A stretch of 64,000 nt of DNA from Thermoplasmata archaeon (GTDB taxonomy: Archaea; Thermoplasmatota; Thermoplasmata; GCA-020350865), in contig CP070751.1 of assembly GCA_020348445.1 (NCBI GenBank), positions 2,149,186-2,213,185 on the forward strand, written 5' to 3'. The notes beneath the pieces were generated by a model that saw nothing but the letters and a program-made list of their open reading frames with translations, searched no databases and had not been told where the DNA came from. Position 1 is the stretch's first letter. Each line of letters opens with the position of its first letter. Both the position numbers and the translations under genes were made by a program. Shown here one piece after another: positions 36,901 through 45,773 of the stretch.

Positions 36901-38705
36901 TGGATGGAGATGAGGATCTGATCCCAGGAGAGGTTGGCCAAGATGATTATTCATTCTCGTTTACGACCATTCCCTTACCTCCTAGGATTTTTTCCACATC
37001 ACCAGGACACGGCTCCTCAAATATCATGCCAAATACAGAGATCATAATAGACTTCAGCACGAGCATGGACAGAACTTCAACTCGTAATGCGTTCAGCTAC
37101 ACTGATGGCTTTACAACGTTCAAATCTTCAAGTGGCCAGATTTCGTGGAGCAACGGTGATAGAACCATGACCTTTGAATCTGCAACCGAATTCGCCTATG
37201 AGCAAACTTATATTTTCACGATAGCACACACGGCAACAGATTCTGAGGGTGCACCTTTAGATGGAGATTATGATGGCGTCGGAGGTGAAGGAGTGCAGGA
37301 TGATTATTCCTGGAGCTTCACCACAATACCCACTCCACCTAAGGTGTTATCAGTCACCCCAGGATTCGGTGCCAATAAGGTCGAGGCTGATACTGACATA
37401 GTGATCAGGTTTTCTAAATCCATGGATCATTCATCAGTTGAGGGGGCTTTCAGCTATGAATACCCTGGCCTTCTTTGGCCTTATGATATAGATGATGGTA
37501 ATGTATCGTGGAGTTCAGACTCAAGGACCATGACCTTTGAGCCAGATGAACAATTAGATTATGAAACAGTATATACAGTGATTATAGATTCCTCGGCAAA
37601 GGATGAGGACGGAATAACCCTAGATGGCAATCGCAATGGATTGCCAGAGGCAGACGATGACTATTCGTGGACCTTTACCACGATCAAGGAACCGCCAAAG
37701 CTTGTATCTGTTGAACCTGATGAGGACGCAGAAGATGTGGCTGTTGATGCAGATATCGTGATAACTTTTAACAGATCCATGGACAAGGATGCAACCGAGA
37801 GTGCCTTTAGCTATACATACGAGGGCTCTGATGAAGTTTATGAAATCAGGACAGGAACCCCTGAGTGGACTGATAGCGATAAAACATTAACATTCACCCC
37901 TGATGCGGATTTTGCAGAAGGGGTGACCTATACCATAACCATCGATGACTCCGCAAAGGACGCCGAGGGCGTTATTTTCGAGGGCTTTGAATGGGAATTC
38001 ACCACAAAGGTCAACTCACCCCCGGTTTTGAAGACGGGAGGTGTTAATCCCGATAGCGGAGATGCCAGTGAGCCTTACACGTTCAGCGTGGTTTATAGCG
38101 ACGCAGATGACGACGAACCCAGATTTGTAAAAGTGGTGATAGACGGAGCTGCTTGGAAGATGCAGGAGAGCGATACCTCCACAGGTGACTTTATAGAGGG
38201 CAAAGTGTACGAATTGGAAATTGAACTGGATGCAGGTGATCACACCTACTATTTCGAGGCCGAAAATGAGCAGCATGTTGTTCGCCTTCCCTCAGGAGAG
38301 AGTGTAAGGTCATTGAATGTAACTGGTAAAGAAAAAGAGCTCATTATGGGTATTTTCGAGGAGGAATACTCTGGTATACCAACCATGGTCTGCGGTGCCT
38401 TGGGCATTATAATCCTTATTGCGATAATCATCAGCGTTATTTTAATTACAAAAAGACGCAGGGCAGGCAGAGCCGGAGAAGCTGGCGAGGAGATGATGAC
38501 CTTCGAGACCTTCGATGCGGAAGGCGGAGAGACCATGACATTCTTGCCAGAAGACGAGGAAGACCTCATGTCCTTTACAGCCTTTGAGGAGGAAGAACCT
38601 GTCATAATACAGTGCCCCGAATGTAATCAGCATTTGAAAGTGACCCCTTCTGTGCGCCCCTTCATGTTCCCATGCAAGTGCGGGGCCAAGTTGATGTTGA
38701 AGTGA
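33960..38705 (+). CDS. Surface protein: 14 LVIVD repeats, six SbsA/Big_5-like Ig repeats, a further Ig domain, TM anchor, acidic tail, Zn ribbon
   Basis: 14 counted V.G.YAY.A....GL.I.D units; six PP.(V/I)....P repeats, five with LDG..(D/N)-type loops; TM GALGIIILIAIIISVILI; tail CPEC-x16-CKC. Confidence 0.85.
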   Translation: MFVRRIISLVLLITMLFSPTTAFMGELLLDESKNLTITDNNPPDQGEIVDLRGTRAESNNINMVSKMLFGPSTDVHVVGNYAYVTAGCSLLIFDVTDPGDPTLEGFYDADSAINGIFVEGNYAYLANSYSGLNIVDLNDPSSPTSVKTVFIYGSAIDVYLSGTYAYVAQSYIISGFRGISVVNVQIPQTAEVVGTYESDGTPYCLMVSGDYAYVASEGEGFLILDVSNPTVDPTFVGLNDTYSDPMTPYTRDVFVREPYAFVVDYFNDFHVFNITDPSDPLGVAFVETDGDPMELTLNGDYAYIADGDAGLTIIDISVPTTPGPPINHGTLDSAFSIFVEGTFAYLAIWGYGLQIVDVSGSPPVPTDEGGWITGYYSEDIHVVGNYAYIADEEGGLKILDVSDPSYPVLLGFHETGGWSSAVFVEGDYAYLAEGWDGITVVDVNNPTSPTFAWSFNIPFGNAEGIFVLGSYAYAAYYDDGLRIININTQEEVGDVPAHHYSYSVHVIDYGDFVFAYVGDSRGLIIANVTDPDNPSEEGFLELTTSGYVDIYVTGSYAYLADSDGGLTIVDITNSSNPTLVDTYDLSLSRGVYAKGTTVYVTNSDRLVAVDSLTLTELGYFEPGCNPVKVQVVGQYAYVAAMQGGSYILDISQVMDTTPPQVESTLPESGTIDVSRETDIEITFNENLDHGSSEDAFFISPTVNGEFNWNGNTLIFTPEMELDPETDYTVTIEATAMDTADNTLDGNKNGNEEGSPTDDASFGFTTSAIPPTVETVFPDDGSTSVIINTHMNITFSKPMDQTSTRNAFSYSDGVSTWTATSGDITWSDGDRTMIFTPDNLLENDKMFNVTVASTAQDTGGTPLDGDGDGIGGEEGEDDYTWSFTTAKPPPQILSTQPKDGALNQPVDITIIINFSKTMNRMSVEDAFNYTNGLTVWDAGDGIVSWSDNDKKFSFIASSAFGWGMKYEVGIAHTAMDITGIFLDGDEDLIPGEVGQDDYSFSFTTIPLPPRIFSTSPGHGSSNIMPNTEIIIDFSTSMDRTSTRNAFSYTDGFTTFKSSSGQISWSNGDRTMTFESATEFAYEQTYIFTIAHTATDSEGAPLDGDYDGVGGEGVQDDYSWSFTTIPTPPKVLSVTPGFGANKVEADTDIVIRFSKSMDHSSVEGAFSYEYPGLLWPYDIDDGNVSWSSDSRTMTFEPDEQLDYETVYTVIIDSSAKDEDGITLDGNRNGLPEADDDYSWTFTTIKEPPKLVSVEPDEDAEDVAVDADIVITFNRSMDKDATESAFSYTYEGSDEVYEIRTGTPEWTDSDKTLTFTPDADFAEGVTYTITIDDSAKDAEGVIFEGFEWEFTTKVNSPPVLKTGGVNPDSGDASEPYTFSVVYSDADDDEPRFVKVVIDGAAWKMQESDTSTGDFIEGKVYELEIELDAGDHTYYFEAENEQHVVRLPSGESVRSLNVTGKEKELIMGIFEEEYSGIPTMVCGALGIIILIAIIISVILITKRRRAGRAGEAGEEMMTFETFDAEGGETMTFLPEDEEDLMSFTAFEEEEPVIIQCPECNQHLKVTPSVRPFMFPCKCGAKLMLK

Positions 38706-38874
38706 TTGTGAGATCTTTCATTTCATACATTTTAACCAAAAAATTCTTAAATCCTATAACATCATTATGGCCTTCCGATAGACCCAAAAGAAAGCAATGG
38801 TATTTCCAACTGTTGTATGGGAGAATCCATGGCAAATGATAAATTCGTAACCTAAGAATCAAAAGGTCGAGACA

Positions 38875-40278
38875 ATGGAGAAAAAAGAGAATTTCTCAGA
38901 ATGGTATGCCGAAGTCGTGGAGCTGGCCGGTTTAACTGATAAAAGGTATCCAGTCAAAGGACTGAATGTATGGACACCTTACGGCTGGAAGCTCATGCGA
39001 TTAATTGATGAAATAATCAGATGCGAAATGGAAAAAACGCAACATCAGGAGGTATGCTTTCCATTGCTCATCGCAGAGGATCAATTTGCCAAGGAGGCCG
39101 ATCATATCAGGGGTTTCGGCGATGAGGTGTATTGGGTTACGAAGGCGGGTGGCGAGGATCTGGATAAGAAACTTCTACTTCGCCCCACCTCGGAGACGGC
39201 AATGTATCCGATATTTAACCTCTGGGTGCGTTCCCATGCCGATTTACCTCTTAAGACATTCCAGCTCGTAAACACCTTCAGATACGATACAAAACAAACA
39301 AGGGCTTTTATCAGGGTCAGGGAAATCCATTTCTTCGAGGCTCATACCTGCCATATCGATTTTGAGGATGCTGAAGGACAGATAGAAGAGGATCTTAAAA
39401 TCATGGAAAGCCTGGCGAAAAAGCTTTGTATACCGTATCTTGTCTTAAAACGACCTGAGTGGGACAAGTTCCCAGGAGCTTTCTATTCCCTGGCTGCAGA
39501 TTCCCTGCTGCCCAGCGGAAAAACCATGCAAATAGGTACAATACATCAGTACAAGGAAAATTTTGCCAAACCCTACGAAATCACATACGAGGATGAAAAG
39601 GGGGAACATCGGTATGTGCATCAGACTACATACGGTATGAGCGAGAGGCTAGTAGGTGCCATCGTCGGGGTGCACGGCGATGATCTGGGACTGATAATAC
39701 CCCCGGATGTTGCACCATATCAAATCGTAATCGTCCCTATCCTGGCAAAGGGACTACAGGATAAAGTAACATTGGAGTGCGAAAAGTTAAAGGAAGAGCT
39801 TTTAAAGGCAGGATTCAGGGTTCACCTTGATTTACGTGATGTAAGGCCTGGTAGTAAATATTTTGACTGGGAGATAAGGGGCGTGCCCCTGCGCATAGAG
39901 CTGGGCCAAAGGGACATGGAAAAAGGTGTAGTGACCTTTGTAAGAAGGGATACAGGTCAGAAAAAGGAGATCGACAGGGCCAAATTAGTAGAACATGTAT
40001 CAGAAACTCTCAGAGAAATTGCCGAAAATCTTTTGGATATGGCTTCCAAATTTCTTTTAGAAAACACCAAATCCGCGGCCTCACTGGAAGATATAAAAGG
40101 TAAAGCCGGTATCTTCAAGGTAGGATGGTGCGAGGGTGAGGGATGTGGCCTGGAAATGGAGGAAACCACAGACATGAAAGTTCTGGGAACACCGATGGAG
40201 AAGGAAGAATACAAAGGGGAATGTCTGGTGTGTAAAAAATCCACTGAGATCGTGGTTTACCTGGCAAAAACCTATTGA
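38875..40278 (+). CDS. proS: Prolyl-tRNA synthetase (archaeal/eukaryotic type)
   Basis: FSEWY, YPVKG..VW.PYG, LRPTSETAMYP, FIRVREI.FFEAHT, TTYGMSERL, WEIRGVPLRIELG, C-terminal AKTY. Confidence 0.97.
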   Translation: MEKKENFSEWYAEVVELAGLTDKRYPVKGLNVWTPYGWKLMRLIDEIIRCEMEKTQHQEVCFPLLIAEDQFAKEADHIRGFGDEVYWVTKAGGEDLDKKLLLRPTSETAMYPIFNLWVRSHADLPLKTFQLVNTFRYDTKQTRAFIRVREIHFFEAHTCHIDFEDAEGQIEEDLKIMESLAKKLCIPYLVLKRPEWDKFPGAFYSLAADSLLPSGKTMQIGTIHQYKENFAKPYEITYEDEKGEHRYVHQTTYGMSERLVGAIVGVHGDDLGLIIPPDVAPYQIVIVPILAKGLQDKVTLECEKLKEELLKAGFRVHLDLRDVRPGSKYFDWEIRGVPLRIELGQRDMEKGVVTFVRRDTGQKKEIDRAKLVEHVSETLREIAENLLDMASKFLLENTKSAASLEDIKGKAGIFKVGWCEGEGCGLEMEETTDMKVLGTPMEKEEYKGECLVCKKSTEIVVYLAKTY

Positions 40279-40511
40279 TCTTCCTCTTCAATCTCTTTTC
40301 TTGTGTATAGGAATATGCCCACAAGTCCAAATCCTATAATGGGAGCTGAGATCGCATATAGGCCTATATCGGTCCAAGCATCATATGAAGCTGCCCAGTA
40401 TAAATAGAGGCCGAGGCCTGCTAATAATACCAAAAAGGAGAATATAAGCTTGAATTTCTGGGGTAGCTCTACTTCTTGCTCCATATAATCGAGTCGCAAA
40501 TATTGTACCAC
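40272..40511 (-). CDS. Small 2-TM membrane protein
   Basis: Two hydrophobic helices, acidic C-terminus; lies directly downstream of rnp4 on the same strand. Confidence 0.55.
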   Translation of the reverse strand: MVQYLRLDYMEQEVELPQKFKLIFSFLVLLAGLGLYLYWAASYDAWTDIGLYAISAPIIGFGLVGIFLYTRKEIEEEDQ

Positions 40512-40554
40512 TATTAAAGGGTTTCTAAGAAAATTCCAATTTAAAAAGGTATTT

Positions 40555-40890
40555 TCAATCCATTTTTTTCTCCCTAAATTGTGGCATCCTCATGTAACTT
40601 CCGCAGTTCTCACAAAAAATCACGATTTTCTTGTACTTGATCCTTACCCTGCTGTTTACTGAGGGAACAAGGTAGGAATGGCAGAATTTGCAGTATCTTC
40701 TTTTGAAATGGCTGGGTACCCTGACATTATATCTCATTCCAATCTTTCTTGCTAGCTCAACGTACCTGTTCGCCCTTTGGAGGTTGTAGGCTCTGGCTTC
40801 CTTCTCCGCAAGATCAAACAAGATATCGATTCTCTCCTTTGCGATGTTCAACATACCCTTGGTTCTTCTGCCTCTTCTTCCCTGTGACAT
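40555..40890 (-). CDS. rnp4: Ribonuclease P protein component 4 (Rpp21)
   Basis: IAKERIDILF..A, RYVELARKI, KRRYCKFCHS...CENCG..MR.P. Confidence 0.93.
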   Translation of the reverse strand: MSQGRRGRRTKGMLNIAKERIDILFDLAEKEARAYNLQRANRYVELARKIGMRYNVRVPSHFKRRYCKFCHSYLVPSVNSRVRIKYKKIVIFCENCGSYMRMPQFREKKMD

Positions 40891-41001
40891 CGGTTGCCTA
40901 ATGGAATTTACATGTTAATACTTTGCTATGGTTTTATTTCCAAAAACATATGATGTTGCATGCATATTTTTTTATCATGGAACAACTATACCCATGGCTT
41001 G

Positions 41002-42090
41002 ATGCTAACGTCAAGAATAGGCAAAATATTCCAGGGTTGCGATGAAATAGATGCTGCAGTGTTCATCAACGGCGCAGAACCGCTTTTAGACATGGGCTTT
41101 TTCTACGTCACAGGACTTATGGAGGGACTGTTTGAGGGCGGCATGGCAATCATTTACCCCGACAGTTCAATAGAAGTGGTGACGTCTTTGTTGGAAGCAG
41201 AGAGCGCCAAAAAAGGGGATTTCGAGATAACCATATTCAAATCCAAGGCCGAGAGGAAAGAGATATTCAAGGACAAGCTCTCGAAATTCAAGAAGATAGG
41301 AATTAACTCCCAGGGATTGATTCACAAGAATTACCTGGAATTAAAGGAGCTTCTGCCTGAAATCGAATTTGTGGATGTCACAGAAGCTGTAAATTCGGCA
41401 AGGATGATCAAGGATGAAAAGGAAATGGAAATCCTGAAAAAAGCCTGCCAGATGGTATCAGAGGTTGCAGATGGCATAGTGGATTTCTTCAAGGAAGGAG
41501 TCAAAGAGTATGAAGTGGCTGCAGAACTCTCCTATATGATGCAGAAGTTAGGGGCCACAGGGCCCAGTTTCGATACCATATCCTCCTTTGGAAAGAACAC
41601 GGCAGAGCCCCATTATACTGCAGGGGATGTTGCATTAAAGCAGGGGGATTTCATTCTCCTGGATTTCGGCGCAAAATACAGGAGGTACTGCTCAGACATT
41701 ACAAGGACATATTTTTTAGGAGAGGCATCAGAGAAACAGAAGGGTATGTATACCACTGTATTGCAGGCTCAAAAGGTGGCATTGGACATGATCAAACCGG
41801 GTGTAAATGGAAAGGATGTTCACCAGGCTGTTGCTGATTTTATCGAAGGGACAAAATACAAGGGCCTTTTTACACATTCCACTGGTCACTCCATTGGACT
41901 TTCTGTACATGATGGTGTGGCACTTACAAAAGAAATTGATAACACCCTTGAAGAGAATATGGTTTTTACAGTGGAGCCTGGTATATACGAACCTGGCTAT
42001 GGGGGAGTGCGGATAGAGGATAACGTGCGGGTAACATCAGACGGCTGCGAGATTTTAACCACAGCTAAAAAGGAATTAATTGAGGTTTGA
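41002..42090 (+). CDS. pepQ: Xaa-Pro aminopeptidase / prolidase (M24B)
   Basis: LLDFGA..Y.SDITRT, HSTGHSIGL.VHD, FTVEPGIY, GGVRIEDNV; the ORF track starts at 40960. Confidence 0.92.
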   Translation: MLTSRIGKIFQGCDEIDAAVFINGAEPLLDMGFFYVTGLMEGLFEGGMAIIYPDSSIEVVTSLLEAESAKKGDFEITIFKSKAERKEIFKDKLSKFKKIGINSQGLIHKNYLELKELLPEIEFVDVTEAVNSARMIKDEKEMEILKKACQMVSEVADGIVDFFKEGVKEYEVAAELSYMMQKLGATGPSFDTISSFGKNTAEPHYTAGDVALKQGDFILLDFGAKYRRYCSDITRTYFLGEASEKQKGMYTTVLQAQKVALDMIKPGVNGKDVHQAVADFIEGTKYKGLFTHSTGHSIGLSVHDGVALTKEIDNTLEENMVFTVEPGIYEPGYGGVRIEDNVRVTSDGCEILTTAKKELIEV

Positions 42091-42104
42091 TAGATTTTTC
42101 ACAT

Positions 42105-42491
42105 TTAGATTTTTTTTACCCTAATTACCTCCCCATCCTTGACCTTTTTCAGAATCTTGGCATCCCCTATGATCTTGGCGAATAGGTTCACAGGACTATA
42201 GGCCTTTGGCTTTTCAGTATCTGAAACAGGTGTGGGGCCAAAGAATATGCACATGGCATTTCCCATGGGCCAGAATGCGATGTCTCCCACCTCCATCTCC
42301 TGCTGGGAATCTTCCTCTGATGCTGAGGCAGGGATGTTGAAGTATATCTCCTCTCCCCAGACATTAGCTGTGCCTTCGAAGGGAAGGGCCTTTAGGATGG
42401 TGTCCACAGTGTCGAGATTCTTATCTATAAATTCTGCCTGGATTTCTCCGATGCTTTCACTGCTGATTAGAAATTTTTCTGCCTCGCTCAT
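42105..42491 (-). CDS. Cyclophilin-like fold protein (DUF369-like)
   Basis: LPF.G.AN.WGEEIYF, VGDIAFWPMGNA.CIFFG.TP.S, SPVN..KI.G. Confidence 0.8.
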   Translation of the reverse strand: MSEAEKFLISSESIGEIQAEFIDKNLDTVDTILKALPFEGTANVWGEEIYFNIPASASEEDSQQEMEVGDIAFWPMGNAMCIFFGPTPVSDTEKPKAYSPVNLFAKIIGDAKILKKVKDGEVIRVKKI

Positions 42492-42725
42492 GATATCCTA
42501 AATCCATTCTGGGGTATTAATCGTTTCTACCTTTTTTTTATCATCCAAAATATTTGAGAATGATATCTCTTCCTTCCCCTACGCTTACCCCCACCATCGT
42601 GGCCTATTATGTATTCTAAATAGTAAATTCATAGACCACTTTGCCCTTCGGTTATGCTATAAAATAAATATATCTTAAGCCTCAGGACTCCCACCCTTTA
42701 ATTTAACTTGCGACATAGGATTCCT

Positions 42726-42741
42726 AAAAACATTATATATC
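42726..42741 (+). promoter_or_regulatory. BRE/TATA promoter of tRNA-Val
   Basis: AAAAACATTATATATC about 30-45 nt upstream of the tRNA 5' end. Confidence 0.55.
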
Positions 42742-42771
42742 ATGGATAGAATACAGGAGACAACCCGTGGT

Positions 42772-42898
42772 GGGCCGATGGTCTAGGGGTTAGCGGGTGA
42801 TCCCTGCCCTCAGATGACGTCGCGCTTACAACCGCAGAAATATCATTTACCTGCGGAAGGAAACGCGGAGGTCGCCGGTTCAATTCCGGCTCGGCCCA
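42772..42898 (+). tRNA. tRNA-Val(UAC) with two introns (D-loop 42792-42813; anticodon loop 37/38, 42831-42862)
   Basis: Acceptor stem GGGCCGA/TCGGCCC, T-arm GCCGG-TTCAATT-CCGGC, anticodon stem TCGCG/CGCGG with anticodon TAC. Both inserts fold into bulge-helix-bulge motifs. CCA is not encoded. Confidence 0.9.
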
Positions 42899-43045
42899 TT
42901 CTAATTTTTTAACACCATTATACATGAGCCTCACCTGGACATGATCGAAATTAATTTATGTGAAAGGTGTTGTGAAATGCTTATTATCTCCTTTCATCCT
43001 CTTGCGAATTTACACTCATAAATACTTGGATCTTAAGCTTCGCAA

Positions 43046-43059
43046 TCCGGCTCGGCCCA
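43046..43059 (+). repeat. 14-bp direct repeat of the tRNA-Val 3' end
   Basis: TCCGGCTCGGCCCA at 42885-42898 and again at 43046-43059. Confidence 0.85.
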
Positions 43060-43193
43060 CTCTGTTTTAATATTCATTTATTCGTGGGTCGAGCCTCGAA
43101 TATGAATTCATGATAAGAATATCGAAAACTAAATAAGGCACAATACCCGTTTATTATATGCAATATCAAGACAATATTCCTTGAAAATATAAA

Positions 43194-43751
43194 ATGGGGA
43201 AGGAAAAGTATATGTCTCCAGCACGAAAAATCAAAACTCTAAAAACAAAAATAATCATCGCAGGTGCCCCTGGTGCCGGTAAATCCTTCATTGCCCGGGC
43301 AGCCGATACCTGCATCCCCTCCCAAGAAATCGGGGTTTCTATTGGAAAGATATCCGAGACAATCGAGGATACATCAAGGGAAATAACACTGATGACCTGG
43401 GCCATCACCGAAGGGAGGCCAAGGGAGAGCACCCATTTAAAACATGCTCAGGCAGCCATAGTAGTGTGTGACTTGAATAAACCGGAAACCGTAGTTCAAA
43501 CTCCAGAGTGGGCAAATAGGATACTCAATTATGCCGGAGATATTCCTATTTTCTTTGCAGCAAACAATGTCAATCAAGGTTCACGAGATACTTACCGCCT
43601 TCTAAGAAGGGTGGCTAATAAATACAACTCCGCTTGTTTTCCCATTCTCGCAAAAGATCGGGAATCTGCAAGAGACCTTCTTGGGATAATCGCCTGGGAA
43701 TTATCTGATTATCTAGAGAGTGAAGGACAAGAGGAACTTGTGTCTTGGTAA
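43194..43751 (+). CDS. Ras/Rab/Roc-like small P-loop protein with degenerate G3/G4
   Basis: IIIAGAPGAGKS, EIGV, L.TW, AQAAIVVCDL..PET, W...I, IPIFFAANN follow the order of the small GTPase fold. Confidence 0.65.
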   Translation: MGKEKYMSPARKIKTLKTKIIIAGAPGAGKSFIARAADTCIPSQEIGVSIGKISETIEDTSREITLMTWAITEGRPRESTHLKHAQAAIVVCDLNKPETVVQTPEWANRILNYAGDIPIFFAANNVNQGSRDTYRLLRRVANKYNSACFPILAKDRESARDLLGIIAWELSDYLESEGQEELVSW

Positions 43752-43868
43752 ATACATCTATGGTGTATGGAGGACCTTATTGTCCCTTTCATTTTTCAAC
43801 CAGATATATTATTACCAAAACGAAATCATTTTATTCTGAAATCCCATTCCCAGCCCGAGGTGCGGATC

Positions 43869-44339
43869 GTGAAAGAATATCAAAAAATACTCATTCCAAC
43901 GGACGGCTCAGAAGATGCCAATTACGCTGCCTTAAGGGGTTTGAGCCTGGCCAAGCTCATCGGGGCCAAGGTAACGGCCTTGCATGTTCTCGAGCATCCT
44001 CACTACCTGGGGGAGGTGCTAGCAGTAGGAGACATGATTCCTGTGGAGCCCCCTGAAATGAAGGAGTCTGATATGTACAAAGGCCTGGAAAGGATAGGTC
44101 AAGAGGCTGTGGATTTTATAAAAGAGGAAGGGGAGAAGCTAGGAGTCGAAGTGGAGACAAAAATCATCGAAGGGCATGCCGCAGATCAGATCTCCAAACT
44201 CTCTGAGAAGTACGATCTTATCGTGCTCTCAGCTCTGGGAAGAAGCTGCATGACAGACCTTCTTTTAGGCGGCGTGGCTGACAAGGTGGCAAGGCATGCC
44301 AAATGCCCTGTTCTTTTGGTAAGGAAAAAGAAGGATTGA
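43869..44339 (+). CDS. Universal stress protein (UspA family)
   Basis: KILIPTDGS, VTALHV, EGHAADQI, DLIVL...GR...LLGGVADKVARHAKCPVLLV; GTG start after RBS GAGGTG. Confidence 0.92.
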   Translation: MKEYQKILIPTDGSEDANYAALRGLSLAKLIGAKVTALHVLEHPHYLGEVLAVGDMIPVEPPEMKESDMYKGLERIGQEAVDFIKEEGEKLGVEVETKIIEGHAADQISKLSEKYDLIVLSALGRSCMTDLLLGGVADKVARHAKCPVLLVRKKKD

Positions 44340-44360
44340 AGATATTTTTTAATTGCAGAT

Positions 44361-45680
44361 GTGATGGATATGACGTCATGTATTGGAATTCGCAGAGAGG
44401 ATAAGAATAAATGGGAGCGGAGGGTTCCCTTAACTCCAGATCATGTGAAGAAACTCAAAAATGAGCATCTTGTGGATGTAGTTGTACAGCCCTCTGAGAT
44501 ACGCGCCTTTTCAAATGAAGATTATGAAAATGCAGGGAGCAAGGTTAATGAGAACCTTTCAGAATGCCCCACGATATTTGCAATAAAAGAGGTACCAATT
44601 CCTCTTCTAGAACCTAAAAAGACGTACGTATTTTTCGCACATGTCATCAAAGGTCAAGAGCACAACATGCCCATGCTGCGCAAGATGATGGAGCTTGGAT
44701 GCAATCTCATAGACTATGAAAAAATCGTAAACGAAAAAGGTTTCCGCCTGATATTCTTTGGAAAGTGGGCAGGCCTTGCAGGAATGACAGACACCTTAAC
44801 TGCCTTTGGATTGAGACTCCAAAACCAGGGTATATCCAATCCCTTTACTGATATTCAGTACGCCCATAATTACAAGGATCATCAAAAGATGCTAGCGGCA
44901 ATAACCCAGGTCGGAGAAAATATCAAGAATAACGGTCTTCCCAAAGAGCTAGTTCCCATGGTGGTGGGTCTTGCCGGTTACGGAAATGTATCCAAGGGCT
45001 GCCAGGAGGTTTTATCCTATCTCCCGGTACAGGAAATTCCCCCAGAAGAGCTGGCCTCCTTCTTCGGAAATGGAGATTTCTCAAAGAACTTGATATACAA
45101 AGTGGTCTTCAAGGAGGAGCATATGGTGGAACCCATCTCACCTGATAACAAATTCGAACTGTACGATTACTACGACCATCCACAAAAGTACAAGGGGACA
45201 TTTCGTAATCATGTTCCATACCTCACAATACTCATGAATTGTATCTATTGGGACAAACAGTATCCCAGGCTGGTTACCATTGAACTGGCAAAAGAGCTAT
45301 TTAAGGAGGGTAAGCAGCCAAAGCTGAGGGCAATAGGAGATATCAGCTGCGATATGGACGGTGCAATCCAGTTTACGAAAAAGTCAACCTCCATTGACCA
45401 ACCAACCTTTGTCTATGACCCAATGGAGGACAAGATAATAGATGGAATTGAGGGTAAGGGCATACTGGTTATGGCAGTGGACAACCTTCCCTGTGAATTA
45501 CCAAGAGAGTCTTCTACGCAGTTCGGAGATTCCCTTTTTGATTTCGTATCTTCCATAGCAGAAGCGGACTTTTCCTTGCCTTTTGGGGAGCTGGAACTTC
45601 CACCCCCAATCAAAAAAGCAGTGATTTTACAGAATGGCAAATTGACCCCTGATTATGAATATCTGAATAAGTTTTTATAA
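44361..45680 (+). CDS. Lysine-ketoglutarate reductase / saccharopine dehydrogenase (AlaDH/PNT fold), AASS LKR-like
   Basis: IGIRRED.NKWERRVPLTP, FFAHVIKGQ..NM, LIDYEKI, FGKWAGLAGM, IGDISCD..G, MAVDNLPCELP.ESS.QFG. Confidence 0.88.
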   Translation: MMDMTSCIGIRREDKNKWERRVPLTPDHVKKLKNEHLVDVVVQPSEIRAFSNEDYENAGSKVNENLSECPTIFAIKEVPIPLLEPKKTYVFFAHVIKGQEHNMPMLRKMMELGCNLIDYEKIVNEKGFRLIFFGKWAGLAGMTDTLTAFGLRLQNQGISNPFTDIQYAHNYKDHQKMLAAITQVGENIKNNGLPKELVPMVVGLAGYGNVSKGCQEVLSYLPVQEIPPEELASFFGNGDFSKNLIYKVVFKEEHMVEPISPDNKFELYDYYDHPQKYKGTFRNHVPYLTILMNCIYWDKQYPRLVTIELAKELFKEGKQPKLRAIGDISCDMDGAIQFTKKSTSIDQPTFVYDPMEDKIIDGIEGKGILVMAVDNLPCELPRESSTQFGDSLFDFVSSIAEADFSLPFGELELPPPIKKAVILQNGKLTPDYEYLNKFL

Positions 45681-45773
45681 ACATGCTTTCATCAAGAGAT
45701 TCAAAATATGTGATAAAAAATACTATTTATGAAAAACCCATACGGGCGCTTAAAATTGGTTGGAGGTAAAAAA

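Noticed and set aside
42740-42934. 64-aa minus-strand ORF
   Set aside because: Antisense to the tRNA-Val gene.
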